DNA of 64,000 bases from Octopus sinensis (taxonomy: Eukaryota): NCBI RefSeq assembly GCF_006345805.1, contig NC_043020.1, positions 17,856,001-17,920,000 of the forward strand, given 5' to 3'. Below, piece by piece: positions 1 through 13,479 of this stretch; the first letter of the stretch is position 1, and every line of letters starts with the position of its first letter. The position numbers and the translations under genes were made by a program. The notes below the pieces were generated by a model. It did no database searches. It saw only the letters and a program-made list of their open reading frames with translations, and was not told the origin of the DNA.

Positions 1-129
1 GGCACTGTCTGTGAGAAAAATAGTACCATGATGCATTTCACTCTGTCAGAAATTTGGAAACAACATGCTGTACTGCTTGGCATTCATGCCAGAAACTCCA
101 ATACAAACATGGTGAACACACAGAACAAC

Positions 130-590
130 CGTTGGCTTGCCGTGTCCCCAAAACGTACTGAAATTGATAAAATCAAACATCCAGTCAACATCATGGTGTT
201 TGGAGTGATCACTAGTGATGGAAACATTATGTCTCCATTCATCTTCCCACATGGCCTTAGACTCAACACGGAGGCCTACATCAAGTGCCTGGAGGAGGCA
301 GTATGTCCTTGATCGAGGGTGGCAACTGGACTCTGCACCATGCCACAAGCAGGAGAACTCAGTCATGGCTGTCAGACAATTTCTGCAACCACACAACCCC
401 TAACATCTGGCCATCTAACTCCTCAGACTGCAACCCCCCTTTATTATGTGTGGGGTGCAGTTGAGCGAAAGACCAACAAAAATCCTTGTAGCACCAAAGA
501 TGAACTAAAGGCAAGGATTATGGCAGCATTCACCAACTTAGAGAAGGAAACTGCCCAGAAGAGTTGCAGGAGATTCCAGAGTCATCTGCA
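130..590 (+). mobile_element. Degenerate Tc1/mariner-superfamily (maT/DD37D-like) transposase, C-terminal part
   Basis: Frameshifted motifs KHPVNIMVFGVITSDG, WQLDSAPCH, WPSNSSDCNP, YYVWGAVERKTNK, ELKARIMAAF. Confidence 0.8.
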
Positions 591-2796
591 GCAGCAGCCG
601 TTCAAGAATGTGGACCTGGAGATCTCCATTTCCAGCGACTTTGAGGGCCACCTCCCAGTGGTGTCGGGCGTCAACAAAGAGCCCTCGACTACAACAAGGC
701 GACCAAAGTTTTTTTTTTTTTCCCAGGTCTGGGGTCTCCCACCCCTTAGCCCTAGACCATCACCTAATCACTCTTACCCGTCTTGTTGCTTAACAACAGC
801 AACAACAAAAATCTGCGGCAGCAACCCCTGCACTGGAGAATCCAACACAATGCACTGAAGAAGACGTGGGCAAAACAAATTTAAGAAGACCTGAAGCTTT
901 GACCTCATGGATGCTAAGGTCAGCACATGGATTGGAATGGTAGAATAACATCATCCCCAGAGTCTGTCATCCAGCAGCATATTGGTTGAGAGGACAGCCT
1001 CCCTCTCTAATCGCCAGCTAGGATTTTACTTGCTTGAGTTGTAGTTTACCAATCCTGAAAAGATGAGGAGCTCGCCCACATACTTTATTCAAGGATACCT
1101 TGTAATTAAAGTTTTGGTGAGCCTAATCTTCAAAAGATAACAAGGATGTATTTTAGCTCTTCAAAAGCACGGCATTAATCCCAGTACTTGACTGTTACTT
1201 TTCATTTCATCAATCCCCTGTGGGGTGGATGAAAAACAAAATTGATTTCGGTAAGATTTGAATTTCAAAATGTAACCGAAAAAAAAAAATTTTTAAATGT
1301 TGCACTCAGCTGAACTGTGAACATGAAATTCGTTGACTGTCTGTAACGAAAATAACATCATTATTTGAAACAAAAAACATTTAAACTTCCTCAATGTTGA
1401 GTTTCAGGACAAGGGTGAGAACAGCTGTTGCAGGAAGTTAAGGTAAAACACACACATATATATATATAAGGCTTGTGTGTTTATACACACAGAAACACAC
1501 AAGGCCTGTGATGCTGCTGTAGTAATTAGCTGTAATTACTAGAGCAATTTAATGGTTGGCTTGTCAGGGTAAATAGCTCGGAGCAAAGCTTCTCTCGTGA
1601 AGCAAAACTACAGCAAAAGGATATTTCGAGATGAGCAGTGATGGTGGTGATAATGATTGGATTTTGTTGGTAGGGAATGAGGTGATTTGTGGTTATGCTG
1701 GTGGAGTTGCCAGAGTATAATGAATTGAAGAGAGCATTCTTAGTCAGCTTTTGATGGTGGAGGAGGGGCACTAGTTCCTGCTCAATAAACATGTGGTGGA
1801 AATTTTGTAAAGAAGTTGGTTAACATATCTTTAGACTGAAAACATGAACTTTTCTTTTGTGAATAGAAAAAAAAAAGCTTCCTCCAGTTTTTTCTTGTAA
1901 TTAAAATGTTTCGGTGAGTTTAATCTACAAAAAATAATGAGGCTTATTTTCACAATTCAAAGGCATTTTTATACCTCAATCACCACCATCATCATTTTAA
2001 CGTCCACTTTTCCATGCTTACATGGGCTGGACAGAGTTTATTGAGGCAGATTTTCCTACAGCTAGATGCCCTTCCTGTTGCCAACTGTCATCTGTATCCA
2101 AGCAAGGTAATATTTACATGTGGCCAGGTGTTTACACAGAGTTTTGGAAAAGAAAGACAATGATACTCATTTACAACACAAGCATTGTTGTGTGGTAAGT
2201 TTGCTTCCCAACCATATGGTCTCAGGTTCAATCTCATTGCATGGCACCTTGGGCAAGTGTCTTCTTCTATAGCCCAGGGCTACACAAAGCCTTGCAAATG
2301 TATTTGGTAAACAGAAACTGAAAGAAGGCAGAAACGTTAGCACGCCAAGTGAAATGCTTAGTAGTATTTCATCGGTCTTTATGTTCTGAGTTCAAATTCC
2401 ACCGAGATTGACTTTGCCGTTGATCCTTTCGGGGTCGATAAATTAAGCACCAGTTACGCACTGGGGTCGATGTAATCAACTTAATCTGTTTGTTTGTCCC
2501 CTCTGTGTGTAGCCCCTTGTGGGCAGTAAAGAAATAAGAAACTGAAAGAAGCCCATCAAATATGTGTGTATAGGCCTGCTCAATCAAACCTGAGACTAAA
2601 CAGCATGGTTGTCTGTATGTTTGATATTACTGTATTTTTTATTAAGGTGGTGAGGAGGAAGAATTGTTAAGAATACCAGGCAAAATGCTTAGCAGTATTT
2701 CATCTGTCTTAGTTAAAATTATGTGGAGGTCAACCTTGCCTTTCATCCTCTTTGGGGTTGATAAAATAATACCCTTTGAAAATTGGGGTTGATGTA

Positions 2797-3290
2797 CCGT
2801 AAATCCTCGAGTATAATACACGGGATTTTTAGGGGGTGTACCTCTGAAAAACCTAAACCTTGTGTATAATACGCACCGCTTCTCTAACTTGAGTCGTGTG
2901 TAATTAAGCCAGCAGCACCTAGTTGAACAAACACTTCTGTACATGCATAATACAATAATGGTGATGTTCTTAACTGTTATATGGGAATGTAAATATGTTT
3001 GCAAATTGTTTTTGTTACATGTTATTCTGTGTTCTGAATACTTTTATTTTAATAAATGTTGCTTACTGCAAGTTATAGATGACTCTTCATTGTTTTCAGG
3101 CTTAGCTTAAGGTATTTTCACGCCCGATATCACAAAATGCGTCTGAATAAACATTCCTGGACAGCATATAAAGACTCGGACATTGCTTAGAAAATATTTT
3201 TCATTTTTAACTTCGTATATAGTATGCACTAGGGATTTTGACCTTTAAATTTTGGAGAAAAAATTGCAGATTATACTCAAGGATTTACGG
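2797..3290 (+). mobile_element. pogo/Tigger-like MITE with TA target duplication, inserted into a SINE
   Basis: TIRs (TA)CCGTAAATCCTCGAGTATAA ... TTATACTCAAGGATTTACGG(TA). It splits the SINE motif GATGTA|ATC with a duplicated TA. Confidence 0.88.
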
Positions 3291-4319
3291 TAATCAAATT
3301 ACCCCCTCCCCAATATTGCCAGCCTTGTGCCAAAATTGGAAACCAGAGCTGGCAGAAACGTTAGCACGCTGGGCTAAATGCGTAGCCAAATTCCGTCTGC
3401 CATTACGTTTTGAGTTCAAATTCCACTGAGGTCGACTTTTCGGGGTCGATAAATTAAGTACCAGTTACGCACTGGGGTCGATGTAATCGACTTAATCCGT
3501 TTGTCTGTCCTTGTTTGGCCCCTTGTGGGTAATAAAGAAACATATACTCTACTGTCATACTTAAGAAATAAGTTCAACCAGGTTTACCATTCTGTCAGTA
3601 ATGAAATGCAAATCTTTTCTAAGTCTATTCTTATCAAGAGGATACTTCATAGAAATATATTAGACATAGTGTAGCGAGGCTGTTGTCATAAATTGCTTGT
3701 TTAGGCTTAATTAGTCAAATAGCTCATCCTGCATGTTCCTAACGATTGGTCACAGTTGTGTAATTGTGTAATACTTGACTGAGCCCATTTCTTGGGTTGG
3801 TCTACTTTTACATGGGATACAGCTTTGTGCAATAGACCAACCAGCACAGCAAAATCAAATTTCTGTTGAGTCTCTTTCTATAAATAAATAAGAGAATTTT
3901 CAGAGTGAAGGGTTGCTTTCAAGGAAGCTATGTCACGACATTTTGTTCCTGTTTTTGAAGCAAAAACTGACTGAATTGAGAAGCTCTTTTACTTGTTTAA
4001 GTCATTTGACTGTAGCCATACTGGAACACTGCCTTTAGTCGAGCAAATTGACTTATTCTTTGTAAGCCTAGAACTTATTCTATCGGTCTCTTTTGCCAAT
4101 CCGCTAAGTTACATAGACGTAAAAACACCAGCATCGGTTGTCAAGCGATGTTGGGAGGACAAACACAGAAACACAAACATACATATATACTCGTATATAC
4201 AAAAGGCTTCTTTCAGTTTCCGTCTACCAAATCCACTCACAAGGCTTATTTAACAGATGAATAAAGTGTAGCAGTTTGTGAAATCTCATTTTCTTGTATT
4301 TCTTTCCACTGTTTTATAC

Positions 4320-4850
4320 GCCACTTCTGGAAAACAAGAATTTGTAACGCCAGGGCCAGAGATGTCATTCATTGTTTGACCATGGTCAAGACAAGGGAAT
4401 CTACTATGTTATGCCAGACCTCACGGTCCATCATAGCATTATGGAGGTCTTGTTGCTGGATGCCTGTATCCCTGGAGATTACATCAGGGTAGGAGAGTGT
4501 GCGCCCTCTGGTATCGCGAGCAGATGGCTTCCAGAGGAGAAGAGTAGAAATTACTTCGTTTTCAGCTCTACAACAATGTCCAGCAAACTGGACTCTTCTA
4601 CCTTTCACAAGAGATGATACAGGTGGTAATTTCCCATATATTTGTACTTTGGTTGGATGACACTTCCACGAGAGATTTTGAGCTCTCATAAGGAGGCGAG
4701 TGTAAGTTCCATCCAACCAGCTCTCAAGCTTCTTTGATAACATCCAGGTTTCTGAGCCATATAGCTTTGTACCAGCTGAAATAGTATTATACATCTGAGA
4801 TGATTTGTACAAAAATATTGGGCATAGTGTATATATACTGTCCACTGCAT
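4320..4850 (-). mobile_element. RTE-clade LINE 3' fragment
   Basis: ORF 4369-4845: LYGSETW...LDGTYTRLL...RRVQFAGHCCR...MMDREVW, the typical RTE ORF2 C-terminus. Confidence 0.88.
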
Positions 4851-5301
4851 TGATGGCAAACTAGTTGAGGATCAAACCAAATGCCTTATGGTTCCAGCTT
4901 CCTACATTCTGATTTCGAATCCCCCTGAGGTAAACTTTGCCTTCTCTTCTTTCAAGGTTAATGAAATATCAATCTAGAATAAAGGACTAGCAGAATCATT
5001 ATGACATGGAATGGGACAGCATGCCTTGCAAGTATTTATTCCAGCTCTTTCTGTTTTGAGTTCGACTCCCATTAACATCCATCATGGCCTACGTGGGTAA
5101 ATAGACTTCATTGCCTCATTTAATGCCACCACTTGGCTCTTTCGCATCTTAAATCAGGAGTCCATTCTATAGTAAGCATTCAGGCTAAGTTTCCATATCA
5201 AAGATGCCTTCCTCCCTACGTCGTTTTTGACAATATCAGAGGCCCTGTTAAGAGTGAGAGGTGAAGTCTTTCCCTCCTGATTGAACAATAAAAAAAATAA
5301 T

Positions 5302-5825
5302 TACCATAAATCCTTGAGTATAATCTGCCTTTTTTGTCCCAAAATTTAACGGTCAAAATCCCTAGTACATACTATATACGAGGTTAAAAATGAAAAATAT
5401 TTTCTAAGCAATGTCTGAGTCTCTATTTGCTGTCTAGCAATGTTTATTCAAACACATTTTGTGATGTCGGGCACAAAAATACCTTAAGCTAAGCCTGAAA
5501 GCAATGAAGTCATAAAGGGATCATCCATAACTTGCAGTAGGCAACATTTATTAAAATAAAAATATTCAGAACACAGAATAACATGTAACAAAAACAATTT
5601 GCAAATATTTACATTCCCATATAACAGTTAAGAACATAACCATTATTGTATTACGCATGTGCAGAAGTGCTTGTGCGACTAGGAGCTGCTGGCTTAATTA
5701 CGCACAACTCAAGTTAGAGAAGGGGTGCGTATTATACACAAGGTTTAGATTTTTCAGAGGTACACCCGCTAAAAATCCCCTGTGTATTATACTCAAGGGC
5801 GGACTATACTTAAGGATTTAAGGTA
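5302..5825 (-). mobile_element. Second copy of the same pogo-like MITE, opposite orientation
   Basis: Interior is the reverse complement of 2797-3290. Ends are TACCATAAATCCTTGAGTATAA and TATACTTAAGGATTTAAGGTA. Confidence 0.85.
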
Positions 5826-7173
5826 AATCCCTCAGTTTTAATTATTGGGTTGTCAAGTCTCTATGGGTTAGGGTTACTTAGTCACAATCCAAAGCGTTTC
5901 GAGTCTATGGAAAGAAAGGTAGAGGTGTTTTAGTTAATCTGTTGTTGTTAGTCAAAAGGCCAAGACTTTTATTCATTTGATCAATGCAGTTTCTCTTTTG
6001 GTTATTGATTTATCTCCCAACTGTTTTAATTCACGCTTTTGTTTGAGGTACATCGCTTTAAATTAAAAGGAAAAAGTGAGAGAAAACGCAAAAAAGCTTT
6101 TGCTACAACACTAGCATTGCATTTGTTTAAATTACCATTAATTATCGAAATGTTTAGTTTATGTTTTCTAATTTTGGGAAGTCTGCTTAACAATGTCGGC
6201 TGTACTAGGTGAGAAAAAGAAAGAAAAGAAAAAAAAAAAGCAACACCAACAAGAAAAAGTAAAGTAAAAGTTCAAAAGCAGAAGTCGTCCCCTTCTCAAC
6301 ATGTGTGTTAACAGTCCGCTAACATATTTTCTTGCATGGTAAAAATAGGAGCCAACACAATATCCGTACATAACTAATAGTTTTCATTCTTTTGAAGTTA
6401 TAAATGGCGAGAAAAGCTAGTATGATATATATATACACACAAACACATACATACATACACACATATATAACATACTTATTTTTGTATACACATTTGTGCA
6501 CATATTAATACGCACACGTATATATGTATATGTTTGTATGTATGTATACATATATTTACATGCATGTGTGTGTGTGTGTATATGTTTTACATGCATACAT
6601 ATATGCATGTATATAAAATCCAGTGGCAGTATAACAGTGATAGACCAACATCGCAAATGCAATTGTTAACGAATTTATGGTGCTGTGAATTTCTGGTTCT
6701 GTGGTTAAAATGTTTACTTCCCAACCATGTAATTTTATGTTCAGTACCACTGCATAATTATGTTGGGTGTCTTCTACTATAGCCCTAGACCAAACAAAGC
6801 CTTGTGACTGAATTTGGTTGCTAGAAACCAAAAGAAACCCATTGTGTTTCACATTTGTTTTGTATAAGTCACAAGCTACAAGCAGTGTTTGTAGAGGTCA
6901 CTTCTGTCCACAAATCATCTGCTTGCTTCATACCTTTGAAGACTTGTGAAATAAGAAATCCATTAATTGAGAAACAGGCAAGGGTTGGTGAAAGGAAGGG
7001 CATCCTCAGGAACAGTGGGCAGCAAGCACGCTCTCCCTAAAAAAATTTTGGAGGCAGTGAAAACACTTTGAACATCCTCCAGAAAAATCAGATTTGCACC
7101 CTCCCCACAAGCAAATCGTCCCTACACTTATACTATCTACATAATAATGCCTCAATAATATATCCGTGTAACC

Positions 7174-7462
7174 TAGCAGTTCCCAAACTTTGTTGGGCTG
7201 TCATTCCCTTGGTAGCCTTGCCATATTCCTCGTGCCTCTCCCCTCATTGCCACATTCATAGACCACTTTCTGTAGCAAATTCAAAATAACTGTATATCAC
7301 AAATAAAACTTAACCTAATAAACCCATTATTTTGTTGTTTTTACATTCATCACCCCCTTTATGCCACCCCATTATCACCCAACTTTTCTTCAACGCCCTC
7401 ACATGATCTTTCCACTGTCCCCCGGGAGGTGGGGGCAGTGCCGCCCACTTAGGGAACCACTG
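7174..7462. mobile_element. hAT-type MITE with 8-bp TSD
   Basis: Termini TAGCAGTTCCCAAA / GGGAACCACTG, flanked by direct repeat GTGTAACC (7166-7173 and 7463-7470). Confidence 0.85.
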
Positions 7463-7599
7463 GTGTAACCCATACTCGTATGGCAAAAAGGAAATGTGTG
7501 CAAAATACATACCTAAAGATGTGTTAAGAGCTGACACTAAATTTGAAGGGTGGAAGCCTGGTTTGATCTGCTGGAAGCATTTGAAGCATTGAAAATGTG

Positions 7600-7922
7600 T
7601 TTTTACCAATCTGGTGACAGGGGATGTAATATGGCCATATCTTTATGATCCAGAAGTGAAAGCTCAGTTGATGAAAATGGTATCATACCTCTTCTCCAAG
7701 ACAGGGCCATCTTAACAATGTTATAGACTCCAGATAAGACCAGTGCACTGGGCCCTATAGTATTTATTGACAAAAAGCCATAGCGTAAAAAGAACAATTG
7801 CCCAGTGTGTCCATGCTTGAAGATGGCACTGCTCCAAGACCTAAGAAGTTCAAGAGTCAGGGATTGGCACAGAAAGTTATAGTGATGTTTTTGGAGATGA
7901 TAAAGGCATCAATCTATATCTT
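7600..7922 (+). mobile_element. mariner transposase fragment
   Basis: Degenerate VTGDVIWPYLYDPEVKAQ and APRPKKFKSQGLAQKV motifs (TGDETW..YDPE / PKKFK..SA.KVM type). Confidence 0.6.
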
Positions 7923-7945
7923 TTATACACACACACACACATATG

Positions 7946-7983
<38 letters not shown>

Positions 7984-8177
7984 CATTAGGAAGGGCATCC
8001 AGCTGTAGAAACACTGCCAGATCAGACTGGAGCCTGGTGCAGCCTCCTGGCTTCCCAAGCCCCGGTCGAACCGTCCAACCCATGCTAGCATGGAAACCGA
8101 ACGTTAAACGATGATGATGATGATGATCATCATCATCATCATCGTTTAACGTCCGTTTTCCGCGCTAGCACGGGTTG

Positions 8178-8210
<33 letters not shown>

Positions 8211-8213
<3 letters not shown>

Positions 8214-9890
8214 ATCAATATAGGGTGGCAGAAAAAAATTTTGTAGAATTCTTTTTGCCACCAGCGGCCTAGTAGGAAAAAATTAAATAGTCATAGACCA
8301 TTTTTAAGTTCAACATCAACAATCAAGGAACGGCCATGATAGGCCATTCACCCACTAGAAATAACAGCCAAAGCTTCAACCGCAATAAAGATTAATTCCG
8401 TAAACAGGAGAAAATTTAAAAAACATTTACCCTGTAATTTCTTGTACGATGCACCGTTTCATCTGCTGTTTAATGGTAAACTAACCTGATTAAATTAAAT
8501 CAAGCCAATCTTCCATAGGCCCTCAGATTCTTCAGCAAGAAATAGCCAAGTCGGAACAGATATTTTCACGAGGCATTTCAAACCCTGCCAAGGTAATATC
8601 TGACCTAAAATTTTCAAATCGTCGCACTCGCGCCAAATTTATCGGCAGCAAATAAATATAAGCCGTCGATTCCATTACGGAATTAACCAGAAAATTCATA
8701 ATTAATCAATATAGGGTGGCAGAAAAAAATTTTGTAGAATTCTTTTTGCCACCAGCGGCCTAGTAGGAAAAAATTAAATAGTCATAGACCATTTTTAAGT
8801 TCAACATCAACAATCAAGGAACGGCCATGATAGGCCATTCACCCACTAGAAATAACAGCCAAAGCTTCAACCGCAAATAAAGATTAATTCCGTAAACAGG
8901 AGAAAATTTAAAAAACATTTACCCTGTAATTTCTTGTACGATGCACCGTTTCATCTGCTGTTTAATGGTAAACTAACCTGATTAAATTAAATCAAGCCAA
9001 TCTTCCATAGGCCCTCAGATTCTTCAGCAAGAAATAGCCAAGTCGGAACAGATATTTTCACGAGGCATTTCAAACCCTGCCAAGGTAATATCTGACCTAA
9101 AATTTTCAAATCGTCGCACTCGCGCCAAATTTATCGGCAGCAAATAAATATAAGCCGTCGATTCCATTACGGAATTAACCAGAAAATTCATAATTAATCA
9201 ATATAGGGTGGCAGAAAAAAATTTTATAGAATTCTTTTTGCCACCAGCGGCCTAGTAGGAAAAAATTAAATAGTCATAGACCATAGGCTATTTCTTGCTG
9301 AAGAATCTGAGGGCCTATGGAAGATTGGCTTGATTTAATTTAATCAGGTTAGTTTACCATTAAACAGCAGATGAAACGGTGCATCGTACAAGAAATTACA
9401 GGGTAAATGTTTTTTAAATATTCTCCTGTTTACGGAATTAATCTTTATTTGCGGTTGAAGCTTTGGCTGTTATTTCTAGGGGGTGAATGGCCTATCATGG
9501 CCGTTCCTTGATTGTTGATGTTGAACTTAAAAATGGTCTATGACTATTTAATTTTTTCCTACTAGGCCGCTGGTGGCAAAAAGAATTCTACAAAATTTTA
9601 GGTCAGATATTACCTTGGCAGGGTTTGAAATGCCTCGTGAAAATATCTGTTCCGACTTGGCTATTTCTTGCTGAAGAATCTGAGGGCCTATGGAAGATTG
9701 GCTTGATTTATTTAATCAGGTTAGTTTACCATTAAACAGCAGATGAAACGGTGCATCGTACAAGAAATTACAGGGTAAATGTTTTTTAAATTTTCTCCTG
9801 TTTATGGAATTAATCTTTATTTGCGGTTGAAGCTTTGGCTGTTATTTCTAGTGGGTGAATGGCCTATCATGGCCGTTCCTTGATTGTTGA
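8211..9890. repeat. Tandem plus inverted array of a ~491-bp unknown unit flanked by (TA)n
   Basis: Direct copies 8211-8701 and 8702-9193, partial 9194-9283, then inverted partial copies ~9286-9599 and ~9592-9890. Copies are near identical. Confidence 0.92.
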
Positions 9891-10659
9891 TATATATATA
9901 TATATATATATATATACGAGTATGTATGTATGTCTTTTACTTGTTTCAGTTGTTAGACTGTAGATATGCTGGGGCACCACCTTGGAAGAATTTCATTCTG
10001 AAGTACAAAGATGCCACTTTCAAAACTATAAATGAGATATAAGTCCATTGGGACATTACAATATAATAGTTTCACATGAAATAAAACTGGTTAATTCACG
10101 TTAATTCATAATGATGCATGAATCTGATATGTGTCATTCACAATTAAATTATTAAACATACAATTCTTATTAAGCAAGTATCATTATTTATCATTTGCTT
10201 GTTTCAGTCATTAGACTGCAGCCATGCTAGTGCCCTACTTTGAACAATTTTTAGTTGAATGAAGTGAACCCAGTTTTTTAGGATTGGCTCATGTCTTATT
10301 GGTCTCTTTCGCTAAACTGCTAGATTATAGTGATGTAAACTCACCATCATCATTTGTCAAGTGGTGATGGGGACAAATACACACACACACACACATATAA
10401 GTAAATTTATCTTCACCTTTTTGATGCAACTCTTTATACTGTTTTCTTCTTCCATCCTTCTCTAATTCCATTTTACCCCCTCCCTCCACTGTTTTTTCTC
10501 TCTCTCTCTCTCATTGCTCACACATGACCATCGTCCGTCTTTCATTTTCTCATGTGACCATCTTTCTTTTCTTGCAAGGATGTTCCAAAAAGCGGATGTG
10601 TTTTTCTCTCTCTCTTCTATCTATTCTCTTTTCAAAAACCTGTTTCTCCCAGTATTTAC

Positions 10660-11479
10660 TATTTTCCTCTCATTCTGGTCTAACGACCCTCCATGTCTGT
10701 TTTCATCCGGTTTCCTTATATGTCTCCGCTGTCCTGCTTTTGTTTACAACTCCATAAATTCTAAATTTTTTTTTAGAATTTATGGGAGCAACTGAGGATG
10801 AGATAAACAGCTGACACTGTGTTTACTTGTCCTGTTTTCCATTTTTTTCTCCTTGTTTACGTAGTTCATGTTATTTGCACCATTGCTGACATCCTGTACC
10901 CATATATGCATGTATATATATATATATTATATATTACATCATCATCATTTAGCGTCCGCTTTCTATGCTAGCATGGGTTGGACGGTTCAACTGGGGTCTG
11001 TGAAGCCAGAAGGCTGCATCAGGCCCAGTCTGATCTGGCAGTGTTTCTACTATTTTCCTCTCATTCTGGTCTAACGACCCTCCATGTCTGTTTTCATCCG
11101 GTTTCCTTATATGTCTCCGCTGTCCTGCTTTTGTTTACAACTCCATAAATTCTAAATTTTTTTTTAGAATTTATGGGAGCAACTGTCTTTGAAGACTCAT
11201 ATTGTCGTTGAATGCTCAAAATGAGGATGAGATAAACAGCTGACACTGTGTTTACTTGTCCTGTTTTCCATTTTTTTCTCCTTGTTTACGTAGTTCATGT
11301 TATTTGCACCATTGCTGACATCCTGTACCCATATATGCATGTATATATATATATATTATATATTACATCATCATCATTTAGCGTCTGCTTTCTATGCTAG
11401 CATGGGTTGGACGGTTCAACTGGGGTCTGTGAAGCCAGAAGGCTGCATCAGGCCCAGTCTGATCTGGCAGTGTTTCTAC
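10660..11479. repeat. Near-identical tandem duplication (391 bp + 429 bp)
   Basis: Copy 1 is 10660-11050 and copy 2 is 11051-11479. Copy 2 has an extra 38 bp after GAGCAACT. Confidence 0.9.
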
Positions 11480-11769
11480 GGCTGGATGCCCTTCCTAACG
11501 CCAACCACTCCGTGAGTGTAGTGGGTGCTTTTTACGTGCCACCCGGAGCTGGCAAATGGCCACGGACGGATGGTGCTTTTTACATGCCACATATATAAAG
11601 TGTGTGTGTATTTATATGTGTGATTGGGAAGCAAACTTCTTACCACAAAGCCATGCCTGCACCTATATATCCACACATAACAGAAAGGAGAAGGACCAGA
11701 CACCCATCCCAGCCTAATGGGTCACTAATTCATTTTACATCAGACATCTCGTTATGTATCTAGGCTTGA

Positions 11770-12351
11770 CACTAAATTCTATGTCTTGATTCACTTAATT
11801 AAAGAATAGGCGCAGCTGAAAACATTGTCCTACATTTGGAAGAGCTTCATCTATCAGCCATTAGTTGCTATAGAATGTGGAGCTAAAAACAAGATTATTT
11901 TGTTACAAATCAACAATTACAACAACAGAACATATCTGATGTCTTTGTGGATATCATTTCTGACACATGGAGATCTTTTGCAATTGATCTCATAGACTTT
12001 CTGGGATTGTAATCAATAGTCTGTTGAACTTGCTGGATAAATTCAGGTGTTCTGGTGATTTCAGAGTGTTTAGAATGCTTTTTAGGCTTTTGATATTGGT
12101 GATACATTTCCATCTTCAGTCTCTAGCTCCTTAAAAACTTTGTAGACAGAAGATCTGGCAACTTTTAAAAATCGAGATATTTCTAAATTGCTATGCTTAG
12201 CTTTCATAACTACAATAACCGCATTCCTCTTCATTGAGTAAGGTGAGGGTCTGCCATTTTTATTTTCTGAAACAAAGATTATACAGAGTTAGCAAAAAAT
12301 GCAGCAATGACCCAAAAACGGCATGTCCTGAAATACCTTACACACCGTGTA
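11770..12351 (-). mobile_element. Internally deleted maT/Tc1-like element: N-terminal HTH region plus terminal repeat
   Basis: Minus strand reads MKRNAVIVVMKAKHSNLEISRFLKVARSSVYKVFKELE then RTPEFIQQVQQTIDYNPRKSMRSIAKDLHVSE. The end TACACGGTGTG abuts a (TA)n tract. Confidence 0.7.
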
Positions 12352-12413
12352 TATATATATATATACACAGACACACATATATATATATACACACACACAT
12401 ATATATATATATA

Positions 12414-13030
12414 TTGAGTCATCCCATAAACAATGGATTTTTTTAATACTTCTTTTATTTTTCAAATTAAGATAAAGTTTTTTTTAAATTTAAAATATAC
12501 TCCCCTTCATTTTCTACAATGCTTTTCCATTTATCTGGTAGACTTACAAGGCTCCTCTTCCAAAATTCACTTGGCCATGATGAAAAATGACTCCTCCAGT
12601 ACTATTCTGACCTCATCTACAGAATTCATATTTTTTTGGTCCAAATGATTTTCAAGACTGCAGAATAAATGATAATCAGATGGACAATGTCCCATGGATA
12701 TGGAGGGTGGGGCATCGTTTCCCATTCAAACTGCTCCAACTTTTGAAATGTCATCCTCGCAGTATGAGCCAAGCATTATCCTGATGGAAGAATACCTTTA
12801 GTCTTGAAACTAAAGATGGTCGTTTTTCTTCTAGCACAGGTGTCAATGAATGGTTGAATAACCAAATCCAAGCTTCCCTGATAGTTACTCCACAGTTACA
12901 ATGAGATTTTGTTTCGCCAGGGTTTGCAGGACAACCTTGTCAAGCTCTACAGATCTTTCAGGCTCATCTTCTAGGCTGTAGTTTCTAGGCTTAGGATTTC
13001 TGGAACCACCATTGACACTGGCTTGCACAT
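12414..13030 (-). mobile_element. mariner 3' fragment (same family as 35400-36560)
   Basis: Nucleotide similarity to 35400-36400. Decayed catalytic C-terminus with terminal TA|TTGAGTCATCCCATA. Confidence 0.8.
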
Positions 13031-13479
13031 ACATGTATGTATGTATGTATGTATGTATGTTTAAAATCTCAGGGAATAATAATTATTCCAGGTTATCAGG
13101 ACATTTACTATTTTACACTTTACTAAAGCATAATTTATAATATTATTACAAATTTGGAATTTTACCAATATAACCACAACTCCTATTTCAGGATAACCTT
13201 ATTGTCTGGAATACACATAGAAAGTTATATTCAATAAAATAATATAAGTATTTTAAACCTATTATAAAATACAATAAAATTATTTGAAAAAATATATATA
13301 ACTTACCTGTGGGGAAAGAAGATATTTTTAATCAACGCTACACATGTTTCTGCGCTAGTGGGGTGTTTATCAAGGCTATACTTAATACATAAATCCTGCG
13401 TCCTCAGGCTATTTATCTTATTATTATTATTATTATTAACGGATCAAAGTTAAAAATACATATTATAAGTCATTCTTGC

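Noticed and set aside
319-858. 179-aa ORF as a host gene
   Set aside because: The first half is frameshifted transposase. The GC-richer remainder (591-720) has no recognisable motif and runs through a poly-T tract.
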